From an uncultured Acidobacteriota bacterium (GTDB taxonomy: Bacteria > Acidobacteriota > Terriglobia > UBA7540), in the NCBI GenBank assembly GCA_963804995.1, contig CAWDSK010000001.1:32001-96000 (forward strand): a DNA stretch of 64,000 bases, in the 5' to 3' direction. The position numbers and the translations under genes were made by a program. Each line of letters opens with the position of its first letter. Within the stretch, counting starts at the first letter, position 1. The notes under the pieces are model-generated. The model saw only the letters and a program-made list of their open reading frames with translations. It had not been told where the DNA came from and did not search any database. Below are positions 23,236 through 32,501 of this stretch, one piece after another.

Positions 23236-25362
23236 TCAGGCAGCGCTTACGCCACTATCGCAATCCTTTCTTGCGGTGGATTGGGGTTTCTTGCTCTCCC
23301 CTCGAAGTTGCAGGTCCAACGCCTCCACCTGGCTGGGCAAAACTTCTAGCGGCGGTTCCAACAATTCCAGGACGTTAACCAGTTGACTTACTCTTTTGGC
23401 CACTCGCGACAATGCTATCTCATCACCTTGGAGCGCGATGGTAACCTTTAAATGGTCCGATACCCCCGTCGGAACGGCGAAGAGGCTCCGGACAGCGCAG
23501 CCCTGGGTCGTGATGATGGTAAGGATTCTTTGCAGGGCTCCGGGGAGGTTTTCCACCAGCAGGGCAAAGGACTTTTGCGTGGGCAGAGCAGCCTCATCAC
23601 GCTGCCCCTGGGGTAAGGCCGCGGCTGCTGGCGAGGTAAGCTCACCGCTCCGTTCTTCTGGTCCCAAGACCATCTCGTGGATTCCCGCGCCCGAGGGCAC
23701 CATGGGGTAGACGTTTTCGAAAGGCGCTACTTTTACATTGAGAAGGCACGGGCCGGGCGCGCTGGCGGCGTCCCGCAGGACTTGGGTCAGCATCGAGGGG
23801 CTGTCGATATTGAATCCCCGCAGGCCATAGGCCTCGGCGAGTTTCGGTGCATCCGGGAAGGTGTCGAGCTTAACGGCGCTCAGCCGGTTGTGATGGAACA
23901 GTTCTTGCCACTGGCGCACCATTCCCAGGTGGCCGTTATTCATGACCACGATCTTGATGGGCAAGGCGTAATTAGCCACAGTGGCTAGTTCCGGGATGGA
24001 CATCTGGAAGCCGCCATCACCAACCAGGGCAAATACCGGCTTATCCGGACAGGCAATCTGCGCTCCGATGGCGGCGGGCAAACCAAAACCCATGGATCCC
24101 AGGCCCCCGGAGTTGAGCCACAGGCGCGGCTCATTGAAGCGGATCAGTTGTGCGGCCCACATTTGGTGCTGCCCCACATCAGAACAGACCAGCGCGGCGC
24201 CCGCAGACACCCTGTCGATTTCCGCCATCAGGTGTTGCGGCTTGATCACCTCGTCGGACGCCGGGGTGGTCAGCGGATACTGGGCTTTCCAACCTCGCAC
24301 TTGAATACGCCAGGCCTTACGCTCACGGGCACATTCCTCAGCATACTGGGACTTTGTTTCCCTGAGATAATGGTTCAACTGTCGTAGCACGCATTTTACG
24401 TCCCCTGTGATCGAAATATCCGCGCTGCGGTTTTTACCGAGTTCGGAGGCGTCGATATCCACATGAATGACCTTGGCATGTGGAGCAAAAGTGGAAAGCT
24501 TTCCGGTCACGCGATCGTCAAAGCGCACCCCGAGGGCAATCAGCAGGTCGGCATGAGTCAGGCCCATGTTGGCAGCGTAACTCCCGTGCATGCCAGGCAT
24601 ACTCACGAAATTCGGATCGTCGGCGGGTAATCCCCCCAGGCCCATGAGGGTGCAAACCGTGGGGGCATCAAGGAACCCGACGAACTCTTGTAACTCCGCA
24701 GCCGCTCCGGCCGAAACAATTCCGCCTCCGGCGTAGATGATCGGGCGCTCGGACGCCCAGATCAACTGACCAGCCTGTTGGATGTACGCGGGATCGCCGT
24801 CCGCTGGGACTTTGTACCCCGGAAGGTCGAGCTCATCGCAGGGGACGAACTGAGCTTTCGACTGTTGAACGTCCTTGGGGATGTCAATGAGGACAGGACC
24901 TGGACGTCCCGTTGAGGCAATGTGGAACGCTTCATGTATTACGCGGGGTAAGTCCTCAATCTTCCGAACCTGGTAATTGTGCTTGGTGCAGGGGAGTGAG
25001 ATGCCGAAGGTATCCGCTTCCTGGAAGGCCGTGGTCCCCAGGACTTTTGTTGAGACCTGGCCGGTGATGGCGACGATGGGGATGGAATCCAAATAAGCGT
25101 CCGCCAGGCCGGTCACCAGGTTAGTGGCGCCCGGGCCGGATGTGGCGCAGCACACGCCAACTTTACCGGAAGCGCGCGCATACCCTTCAGCGGCAAAGCA
25201 GGCGTTCTCCTCGTGCCGCATCAACACATGGCGGATGCCGTGGTCGTAAAGAGCATCGTAGAGCGGCAAGGTGGCGCCCCCCGGAAAGCCGAAGATGTCC
25301 TTCACCCCTTCTCGGGCCAAACACTCCAAGAGGATTTCTGCACCTGTCATCATATTCGGCAT
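23236..25362 (-). CDS. ilvB: Acetolactate synthase large subunit with fused C-terminal ACT (IlvN-like) domain
   Basis: FGFPGG, RHEE, TSGPGATN, GQHQMW, GDGGF..NN ThDP motif; extra LLVENLPGAL..QLVNV ACT segment. Confidence 0.9.
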   Translation of the reverse strand: MPNMMTGAEILLECLAREGVKDIFGFPGGATLPLYDALYDHGIRHVLMRHEENACFAAEGYARASGKVGVCCATSGPGATNLVTGLADAYLDSIPIVAITGQVSTKVLGTTAFQEADTFGISLPCTKHNYQVRKIEDLPRVIHEAFHIASTGRPGPVLIDIPKDVQQSKAQFVPCDELDLPGYKVPADGDPAYIQQAGQLIWASERPIIYAGGGIVSAGAAAELQEFVGFLDAPTVCTLMGLGGLPADDPNFVSMPGMHGSYAANMGLTHADLLIALGVRFDDRVTGKLSTFAPHAKVIHVDIDASELGKNRSADISITGDVKCVLRQLNHYLRETKSQYAEECARERKAWRIQVRGWKAQYPLTTPASDEVIKPQHLMAEIDRVSAGAALVCSDVGQHQMWAAQLIRFNEPRLWLNSGGLGSMGFGLPAAIGAQIACPDKPVFALVGDGGFQMSIPELATVANYALPIKIVVMNNGHLGMVRQWQELFHHNRLSAVKLDTFPDAPKLAEAYGLRGFNIDSPSMLTQVLRDAASAPGPCLLNVKVAPFENVYPMVPSGAGIHEMVLGPEERSGELTSPAAAALPQGQRDEAALPTQKSFALLVENLPGALQRILTIITTQGCAVRSLFAVPTGVSDHLKVTIALQGDEIALSRVAKRVSQLVNVLELLEPPLEVLPSQVEALDLQLRGESKKPQSTARKDCDSGVSAA

Positions 25363-25395
25363 CGGCTTCTCCTCCTCAAAACATGAACCAAAACG

Positions 25396-25435
25396 AAAAA
25401 AGCCATCAGGCGGTTTGTCTTTCCCCGCTGATGGC
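25396..25435 (-). terminator. Attenuator terminator upstream of ilvB
   Basis: GCCATCAG-CGG...CCG-CCTGATGGC hairpin followed by T6 on the minus strand. Confidence 0.85.
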
Positions 25436-25459
25436 CTCTAAACTTAACTTCGAAAGCTA

Positions 25460-25564
25460 TCAGACGGGGCGAGACACCACGACCCCAATAATGAGGATGG
25501 TAATCGAAAGAGCGAGAGACGGCGGAATGGAACGAGAAGTGCGAGTTTGGGTGTGCTCTAACAT
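25460..25564 (-). CDS. Branched-chain amino acid attenuator leader peptide (34 aa)
   Basis: MLEHTQTRTSRSIPPSLALSITILIIGVVVSRPV, rich in Ile/Leu/Val, ends 24 nt before the terminator. Confidence 0.8.
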   Translation of the reverse strand: MLEHTQTRTSRSIPPSLALSITILIIGVVVSRPV

Positions 25565-25659
25565 ACGTCGAGACCATAGTACCATTAGTAATCCAAGGGA
25601 AGCCAACAAAAGAAATCTATGGAAAGCATAAAGCTGACTGTGGGGAGGCCAGCAGGGGG

Positions 25660-27005
25660 TGTCTACCCGAAATACTTCATATCCCTTTAGGTCCAAGGAA
25701 TTAGAAAGGTTGCAAAGCCTGCCTAACGATTACCATCTTTGAGCATGAAAACAATCCAGAATCTCTGTCGGCAGCCCCTCTCGTTTCTGCGATTCGGGCA
25801 AGAGGTCATCCATTATGCACTGATCTTTGTCTCGGCCTTCTTCCGCAGCCGCGCCTCACTGGGATGTGAGTTGGTGGCCATTCGAAGTCAGCTCAGCTTT
25901 TACAAAGAAAGTATCCGGCAAAAAAACAGACCCGACCCCGGTTCACCCCGGCTTTCCGTCTCCTGTGGGTGCTGTTGTCCGTGGTTTGGAGGGGGTGGAA
26001 ACCTGTCGCAGACTTGATGCAGCCAAAGACTGTTCTCAAATGGCATAAGAGAGGTCTTCGCCTGTGGTGGCGCTGGAAATCGCGGGGCGTGGGAGGGCGC
26101 CCCCTAATCAGCCAGGAAATGCGCGTTCTGATCCGACAACTCAGTGGCGAAAACGCGCTGTGGAGTGCCGAAAGGATTCATGGGCATTTGCTGCTTCTCG
26201 GTTTCGATCCTCCCTGCCCGGACACGATTCGCAAGTACATGGTCAAGCCTAAAGGAGGAACGGAGAAGTCCCAGAACTGGCTGACCTTCCTGCGCAATCA
26301 TACGGACGTTCAGCTGGGGAATGGACTTTTTCACTGTGCCCACCATTCGATTCCAAATCCTTTATGTCTTCGTGATCCTCAATCAAGCCCGTCGTCAGGT
26401 GGTACACGTAGCCGTGACGGCTCGTCCCACGATGGCTTGGGTGATCCAGCAGCTGCGCGAGGCGATGCCCTTTGGCATCCAGCCCACTTACCTATTCCGG
26501 GATAATGACGCAGTTTATGGAGATGAGGTGGGTCGATTCCTAAAGGGAACGGGCATCGAAGAAGTTAGAACTGCCTTTCGCTGTCCCTGGCAAAATCCAT
26601 TCGTCGAAAGGTATGGCGGCACCCTGCGGCGGGAGCTGTTGGATCACGTCATGATTCTCAGTGAAGAACACCTAAAACGACTGCTGAGGGAATACATCAA
26701 AGAGTATTATCACATCGCCAGGCCGCATTATGGTTTGGACGGCGAGACGCCCTTTCGCACCAATAAGCCTGAGCCCGTCACAGAGCCGAGCAGGCTTGTT
26801 TCCGTTCCAGTTGTAGGCGGCCTGCATCACCGTTACATCCGGGTGGCAGCATAATCTTCTTAGGGATCGCACAATCACAATAACGCTGCGAAGACGAGAG
26901 TCACTACCGAAGGACAGTGCATGTGAGAGATTCTTGTTCATCCACCGTTGCAGTACCGCAACGCTCATCAAGGAATCTGTGGCTTTAAGGTTTTTCGAGT
27001 GGACA
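25660..27005 (+). mobile_element. IS with integrase-core transposase, frameshifted into three pieces
   Basis: Terminal inverted repeats TGTCTACCCGAAA / TTTCGAGTGGACA; ORFs 25739, 25969 and 26321; DFFTV, RDND, GGLHHRY. Confidence 0.8.
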
Positions 27006-27241
27006 GGACACAGACAGCCGCTGGACGACACGGTCGTCTTGGTCATGCGTAACGCCAATGATCATGGGGATTCCGCCTTTTGTGCCTGACTCGGGCGGCT
27101 AAATGTCAGAAAAAGGTGATAAATACCAGGAGCCCGTTATGATGTCCAATCTCTTGAGAAGAAAGCTCTTGCTGCTTTGAGGCCCAGGCTTTATAAATGC
27201 AAGGGAGATTATAAAGGCCCAGCCGGACCACAGTTGTAGCC

Positions 27242-27400
27242 ATGAAAGAACATCCCGGTGTCAAAGTATTGAGAGAGATGACCGAGCAAATCAAGCAACT
27301 CCCACAAATGGAGAAGAATGCTGTTGTCTTAAAGATTCTGAAAGAATTGGGTATTGAAGCAGAGGAGCAGCCCGTTAGGAAGGATCCTGCTGGTCGGTAG
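27242..27400 (+). CDS. Small hypothetical protein (52 aa)
   Basis: MKEHPGVKVLREMTEQIKQLPQ..., protein-like composition; below the ORF-track cutoff. Confidence 0.35.
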   Translation: MKEHPGVKVLREMTEQIKQLPQMEKNAVVLKILKELGIEAEEQPVRKDPAGR

Positions 27401-27438
27401 GGGACGCAACTCCCCCAGCAAAATGACGGGGGGACCTA

Positions 27439-28629
27439 TGATGAGACGTAGATTTTCCTTGTTGGCAAGTCTAGCTCTGGCAGTTCTTCTCACCGTACCG
27501 CTCCGCGCGCAAGAAGCTGAGCCGGTCCGCGCTCAGACGGGAGCGTCGGCGAGCGCGACCACGCGCTTATCTTTCTCCGGAACGATTGATGGGAGGCTCG
27601 CGATCCGGATGCGGCTGGAAATTGTCGGCAGCCAGGTAACCGGCTCCTACTACTATGAAAGACACAAGGTACCGATAGCGCTCGGCGGGACTCTGGACGA
27701 GCACCGTCAGCTTAAACTTGAAGAGCAAAGCGCAGACGGTAGGGTGACGGGAACCTTCAGTGGACATTTCGTCAGCGACAACCGTGTGGAAGGCACGTGG
27801 GTCACGGGGAACGGCACGAAAGCATTCTCGTTTGTGCTCGATCGCGCTGGCGATAACGATAGCCAGCCTGCCTTGAAGCCCTCCGCGGCAGTGAGCGCGG
27901 GCGGCTGGTCGGGAACTTGGACCCGGGAAGACAAGAGGGGTTTCGATGGGGCAAACGTCACGATCAAGGAGGTTACCGGCCAGAGTTTTGACTTCGATAT
28001 CTTGGCCAGCAGCGGCGGTCATACGGGCGAAATCGAAGGCCAAGCTTCGATTAACGGGGAGAAAGCGCGCTTCGCGGAGAAAACCGCGTCCGGTGGTGGC
28101 GCGACACACGAATGCATAGTTGACTTTGTGTTGCGGTCAAAGGCCATCGAGATCAGCACGAATGGCGGCTGCGAGGGCTACGGCGGGATGGGCGTGGTGT
28201 ACGACGGCAGTTACCTTCGCGGGAAACCCCAAGCGGCGGAATTGACACTCACGGGTCTGGACGACATGTGGACGGCTGAGAACGACCGGGTCTTCGTCCA
28301 GCTCACCGGGAAGGATTACAAAAAGTTCGCCGATACCTGCCAGTCCATTACCGCGATTGAGGATCTAGACGACTTCGGGGCGAAAGCGCGCGCGTGCGGC
28401 GTGCGGCGTGCGGGGATTATACACGATCATGGAATCGATCATCATGACGACGGCCAGCGGGAAGATTTACGCAGCCGTGATCGATGTGGAGGGTGACTCG
28501 AAGAACCCGAAGGTTCTCTACTTCACAAACGACCCGCGCTATGCGGGGACCTTGCCGAAAACAATCGACCACTGGCGCGAGCGTTTCCGCGAGAAGGCCA
28601 TCGTCTATATGAACCGGAAGGCACACTAA
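27439..28629 (+). pseudogene. Secreted hypothetical protein frameshifted by a 7-bp tandem repeat
   Basis: Signal peptide; (CGTGCGG)x3 at 28393..28413; removing one unit joins ORF 27354 to ORF 28408. Confidence 0.7.
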
Positions 28630-28645
28630 CCCAGAAAGTGCGAGT

Positions 28646-28729
28646 CGGCTACCGACCGCGGCTTCGCGGACGATTCTGGGGCCGTTAAGCCCCTTTTCTC
28701 TGGGGGGTCAGACAACGCAATACAAGATC
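28646..28729 (+). repeat. ~85-bp imperfect direct repeat, copy 1
   Basis: Shares acgattctggg..ccccttttctctggggg.tcagacaacgyaatacragatc with 29799..29883. Confidence 0.85.
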
Positions 28730-28746
28730 GCAGGGGCTTCAGATGC

Positions 28747-29715
28747 ATGAGTGCAAAAGCAACTATGCCCTTGATGCATGCAGCGACGAGAGACCAATCA
28801 CGGCGTTGGGCGCTCACCGGGCCGTACCCTACTTTAGTCCAAACGTGGCGCGGCCGACTGTGGCACCCGACCCAGGCCCCGGGCAACAATTATGGTGGTC
28901 AGATGGGCGCAGATCCGCGTCATGAGACGCTTGTCCGGACTTGGAACTGGTACCTCGTTCGGTTTGTTTTGTCGGCAATGCTGCTTTGCCAGGCACAAGG
29001 CTATGCACAATTAGGACCGCAGCCGCCATGCGGAAAGGAATCTGTTCCGCCCTATCCTGGTCTGGATAACTCGGCCATCGTGAAGTTGTGGAGCACGTCT
29101 GATTTCGGCCGCGACTGGAGACCGCCTGCGTGCACCGGTTGGGCTCAGGTGGGCTTTACAACGTTGGTAACCATAGTCGCGCGATTTCGGCATACTTCGG
29201 AAGCTGATGGCTTGCTTCGCCACATCGGGGCAATTTCAGAACTCGCGGGCATGCGCTACTGGTCGACCACTCACCAGCAATGGGAAACACTAATTGTGGA
29301 TGCCTACGCTCTGACCGGCTCGCAGACCGGTCAACGTCGCGGAGACTTTTTACCCGATGAGATGAAGGAAGGCACGGTACTCTACTATGAACAGGTCGAT
29401 AACCGTTCTGGCAAAGAGGTCTACCGAATGCACATTACTGAGGCTTCGGCGGACCGGCTCGTCATCGATGTCGAGAATGTCAGCACGATTCGCTATCTCT
29501 TCGTGCCCCTCTTCCACCCGGGTGAGATGCAGTCGATCTACTTTCTGGATCGCGAATCGGAAAACGTCTGGCGATATTACGGCATCGCGCGCACAGGAAA
29601 GAACGTGAACCGGCTGATCACGGGAAATGAGTCTTCCGCGATCAACCGGGCCGTTGCCTTCTATCGTTACCTAGTCGGAATTCCCACCGACCAGGAGCCG
29701 CCGGCGGCGCGATAA
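28747..29715 (+). CDS. Hypothetical exported protein (possibly DUF6675-like; true start probably downstream, near 28978)
   Basis: Long ORF with protein-like C-terminal 245 aa (ISELAGMRYWS, SAINRAVA). Confidence 0.6.
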   Translation: MSAKATMPLMHAATRDQSRRWALTGPYPTLVQTWRGRLWHPTQAPGNNYGGQMGADPRHETLVRTWNWYLVRFVLSAMLLCQAQGYAQLGPQPPCGKESVPPYPGLDNSAIVKLWSTSDFGRDWRPPACTGWAQVGFTTLVTIVARFRHTSEADGLLRHIGAISELAGMRYWSTTHQQWETLIVDAYALTGSQTGQRRGDFLPDEMKEGTVLYYEQVDNRSGKEVYRMHITEASADRLVIDVENVSTIRYLFVPLFHPGEMQSIYFLDRESENVWRYYGIARTGKNVNRLITGNESSAINRAVAFYRYLVGIPTDQEPPAAR

Positions 29716-29798
29716 AGGCAAGAGATTGTAGCTCTCGCAGATTCGCTCACAGATACCCCCTTAGTTCGAGCTACGCGCTGATTCGGAATGCATTCAAG

Positions 29799-29883
29799 CG
29801 GTTACCGACCCCGGGGCTTCTCGAACGATTCTGGGACCGTAACGCCCCTTTTCTCTGGGGGTCAGACAACGTAATACGAGATC
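29799..29883 (+). repeat. ~85-bp imperfect direct repeat, copy 2
   Basis: See copy 1. Confidence 0.85.
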
Positions 29884-29916
29884 CCGGGCGTAAGGAGGAT
29901 CAGGTTTTCACTCAGC

Positions 29917-31518
29917 TTACCTCCGCCATCCTGCTGAACTCTTGAGCCGAAACTTCATCTCCCGGCTCTTGTCCGGGTCTGTGGACCCAGCCAAGCTTTC
30001 GCTGTACAGCAGCAGCCCCTGCTCGGACTTACTCGGGTGAAACCGCACGAACACTCCCGCCCGGATTGTTCCGCTTTCATTGACCGTCAATGCTCTCACT
30101 TCGGCGATCTGACCCGTCAACAAGTCACGGTGCTCCCAAATCCACTGCCGCTGTTCATTGGTTAGCTGGAAGGAACCAATCTCGCTCTCTATGCCGGTCG
30201 GTCCTTCCACAACCATGGCGCCCAGGCTGCCGGCGAACTTCCCAGTGCCTTCAATGCAGCGCACAACTTTTACATCGAGCGTGTCGTTCGCCTTCACTTT
30301 GAACCATTCGTCCACGGCGTCTTTGTGCTTCACGACCACGCCTTCACTCCAGGGCAGACCGCGGGGATCGTTGACGATGGCGCGATAAAACTTCACAGGG
30401 TCACCGTTTTCTGGCATTGCGGGAACAATATGGAGATGCCTGTTGAACAGTCGGATCTCCGCGATCACGGCTTCATAGAGTTCACGCCGCTGTCCATAGG
30501 GCGTCTGGCTGACGTCCCTGCCCTTGAGCTTCGCAATGTCCCAGGCGTAGAACTCAACCGGACCTCTCTCCTGCTGAATCCGGATGGACTTCTCAGGCAG
30601 GGCATTCAGGATTCCGCCCACCCGGGCGGCTCCATCGGGATGGTGAAGCTCGCCGCGCAATAAGGTTCCTTCCTGCTCGGGGCCTGGGAAGAGCCTGCGG
30701 GCCAGCCACACGGGAGAGCGATTGCGGAGGTCTTCGATGGCCGGGAGCTTGTCGTAATAAGACTCTCCTTCCGGCCGATGGCTGCGATACACAGCTCGCA
30801 GGTTGTGGATTGCCACATTCGCGAGACTGCCATCGTCTTTCCACTCCACGCTGACTGGTCGGTTGGACTGGCGGATGGTCTTGAGGAACTCCGGCGGCTT
30901 CAGGTGAATATCCGGTTTCTCGACCAGGACAGATTCGTCCTTTATGCGGACAACCAGATACCGGTTCTTCTCGAAGGCTTGGCGGAAGGCATAGCGTCCC
31001 TTGAGGGCACCGTTTGCAATGTTGACCTCAAAGGACTCCGTGTGTGGGTCGATGCCCTCGGCAACGAAGTCGTAGTGAAAGCCGGCCTTGTCAGCCTCGT
31101 GTTCGTGAACATTGATTTTCCCCAACTTGCGGCTTCCATCAACCTTGATGACGCCCGCGCCGGAGTAGATAAGCCTCTTTTCGCCCTTTCCGTAACCTTC
31201 CTTGATGACTCCGTCGAAGTTATCTACGGAATGAGGCGCATTTTCAATCGCCATAGCTCTGGGCCGCTGCTCGGTGGGCAAGCCTTTCTTCAGTGTGAAC
31301 TTGGCGTATTCCTTCCCAGTCCGTGGACCTGCCAGTAGAGCGCCATCCACCGCCTTCTTCTGCAGGGCACGGTTCAAGGCCAGTTGCCGGGTTCCCAGCG
31401 GCTCGGGTGTACCGAGAAGTACCTTCGCCCTACCGAGAGCAACTCCGAACAACAGCCTGCCACCTTCATGAACGAGGGTTTCTCCTACGCTGAGAGTGAG
31501 GTTCGCCAGAGGATTCAT
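29917..31518 (-). CDS. ATP-dependent DNA ligase with N-terminal LigD phosphoesterase-like region
   Basis: Motif I EWKDDG, III LRGEL, IIIa FYAWDI, IV EGVVVK, V WFKVK, OB fold GTGKFAGSLGA; GAGG RBS before ATG 31518. Confidence 0.85.
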   Translation of the reverse strand: MNPLANLTLSVGETLVHEGGRLLFGVALGRAKVLLGTPEPLGTRQLALNRALQKKAVDGALLAGPRTGKEYAKFTLKKGLPTEQRPRAMAIENAPHSVDNFDGVIKEGYGKGEKRLIYSGAGVIKVDGSRKLGKINVHEHEADKAGFHYDFVAEGIDPHTESFEVNIANGALKGRYAFRQAFEKNRYLVVRIKDESVLVEKPDIHLKPPEFLKTIRQSNRPVSVEWKDDGSLANVAIHNLRAVYRSHRPEGESYYDKLPAIEDLRNRSPVWLARRLFPGPEQEGTLLRGELHHPDGAARVGGILNALPEKSIRIQQERGPVEFYAWDIAKLKGRDVSQTPYGQRRELYEAVIAEIRLFNRHLHIVPAMPENGDPVKFYRAIVNDPRGLPWSEGVVVKHKDAVDEWFKVKANDTLDVKVVRCIEGTGKFAGSLGAMVVEGPTGIESEIGSFQLTNEQRQWIWEHRDLLTGQIAEVRALTVNESGTIRAGVFVRFHPSKSEQGLLLYSESLAGSTDPDKSREMKFRLKSSAGWRR

Positions 31519-31811
31519 GTTCAACCTCGATGGGGACTGGGGAGCGGAAATCTGCGCAGCGTGAGTAGCAGACTTGCATGCCAAGATTGACAATCCGCAC
31601 CTTTTCGCTTGCCCTCGGTTGTGCTCCCTCCTCCCCCAAGGAGGCAACATCGGCCACAAGTGCCCGATGGCATCCGAGTTGCTCTAGACCGTACCGTGAG
31701 CGCAAAGCGCCAGCATCAGCATCTTGCCGCGCAAACACTTTTTCACCATATGAGTGATATTGAGCAGAAAGGCTGTGTCCGGGGGCGCAGTAGGCAGACT
31801 GGCATCCCAAG

Positions 31812-32408
31812 ATGCTGAGGGGGCGAACCAACACGGAACAGGTAAGTGGTCGGGTCTTATTAGTAGACGACGAGCCTCTTATCCGAAAGCTCATCTCGGG
31901 ATATTTGGTGGCTGCGGGGTATGTCGTAAAGGTGGCAGTTGACGGGCTGGATGCGCTCGTAAAACTCCGCGGGGGACTCCCGGACCTGATTATTTCCGAC
32001 CTCAACATGCCTCGCATGTCAGGGCTTGAGTTTCTTGACGTAGTGCGCAAACGCTTTCCTCAAATACCCGTCATTGTAATTACCTCCGTCGCCATCGACG
32101 AAATGCCAGAAGGAGTGGCCGCCGACGCTTACTATCACAAGACTGGATCCGGATTTAAGCAGCTCCATGAAACCATTTTGGATTTGACCAGAAAACCTCC
32201 TCTACGAACTGCTCCCCAGCACGTTGATAACAAACCAGTCCAGGCAAGATGGGATGGGAAGGGACACATCATCGATTGCGAAGACTGCTTGCGTGAATTC
32301 ATTGTCCCCCGTGTCTTTCGCAGGGGGCGAGATGAAGCGTGGACCCTCTGTGTGAACTGCGGGAAATTCGTTCGGTTCCTCGTTGCTGAGCACTCCGTGG
32401 GTAAGTAA
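31812..32408 (+). CDS. Response regulator receiver with C-terminal CxxC-CxxC putative zinc ribbon
   Basis: LLVDDE, PDLIISDLNMP; CEDC...CVNC. Confidence 0.85.
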   Translation: MLRGRTNTEQVSGRVLLVDDEPLIRKLISGYLVAAGYVVKVAVDGLDALVKLRGGLPDLIISDLNMPRMSGLEFLDVVRKRFPQIPVIVITSVAIDEMPEGVAADAYYHKTGSGFKQLHETILDLTRKPPLRTAPQHVDNKPVQARWDGKGHIIDCEDCLREFIVPRVFRRGRDEAWTLCVNCGKFVRFLVAEHSVGK

Positions 32409-32501
32409 TCCGACGCGGTCTATCGGTCCACAGAGACGCTATCCCTCCGCCGCAAAAACCAAGACGGCTAAGTCAAATGACGCCACGGCCGACGGATGGT
32501 G

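Noticed and set aside
28623..28690. Integron attC-like palindrome (CACTAAC...GTTAAGC) overlapping a stop codon
   Set aside because: L-box spacing does not fit attC, the second repeat copy lacks the AAC/GTT boxes, and no integron integrase is in the window
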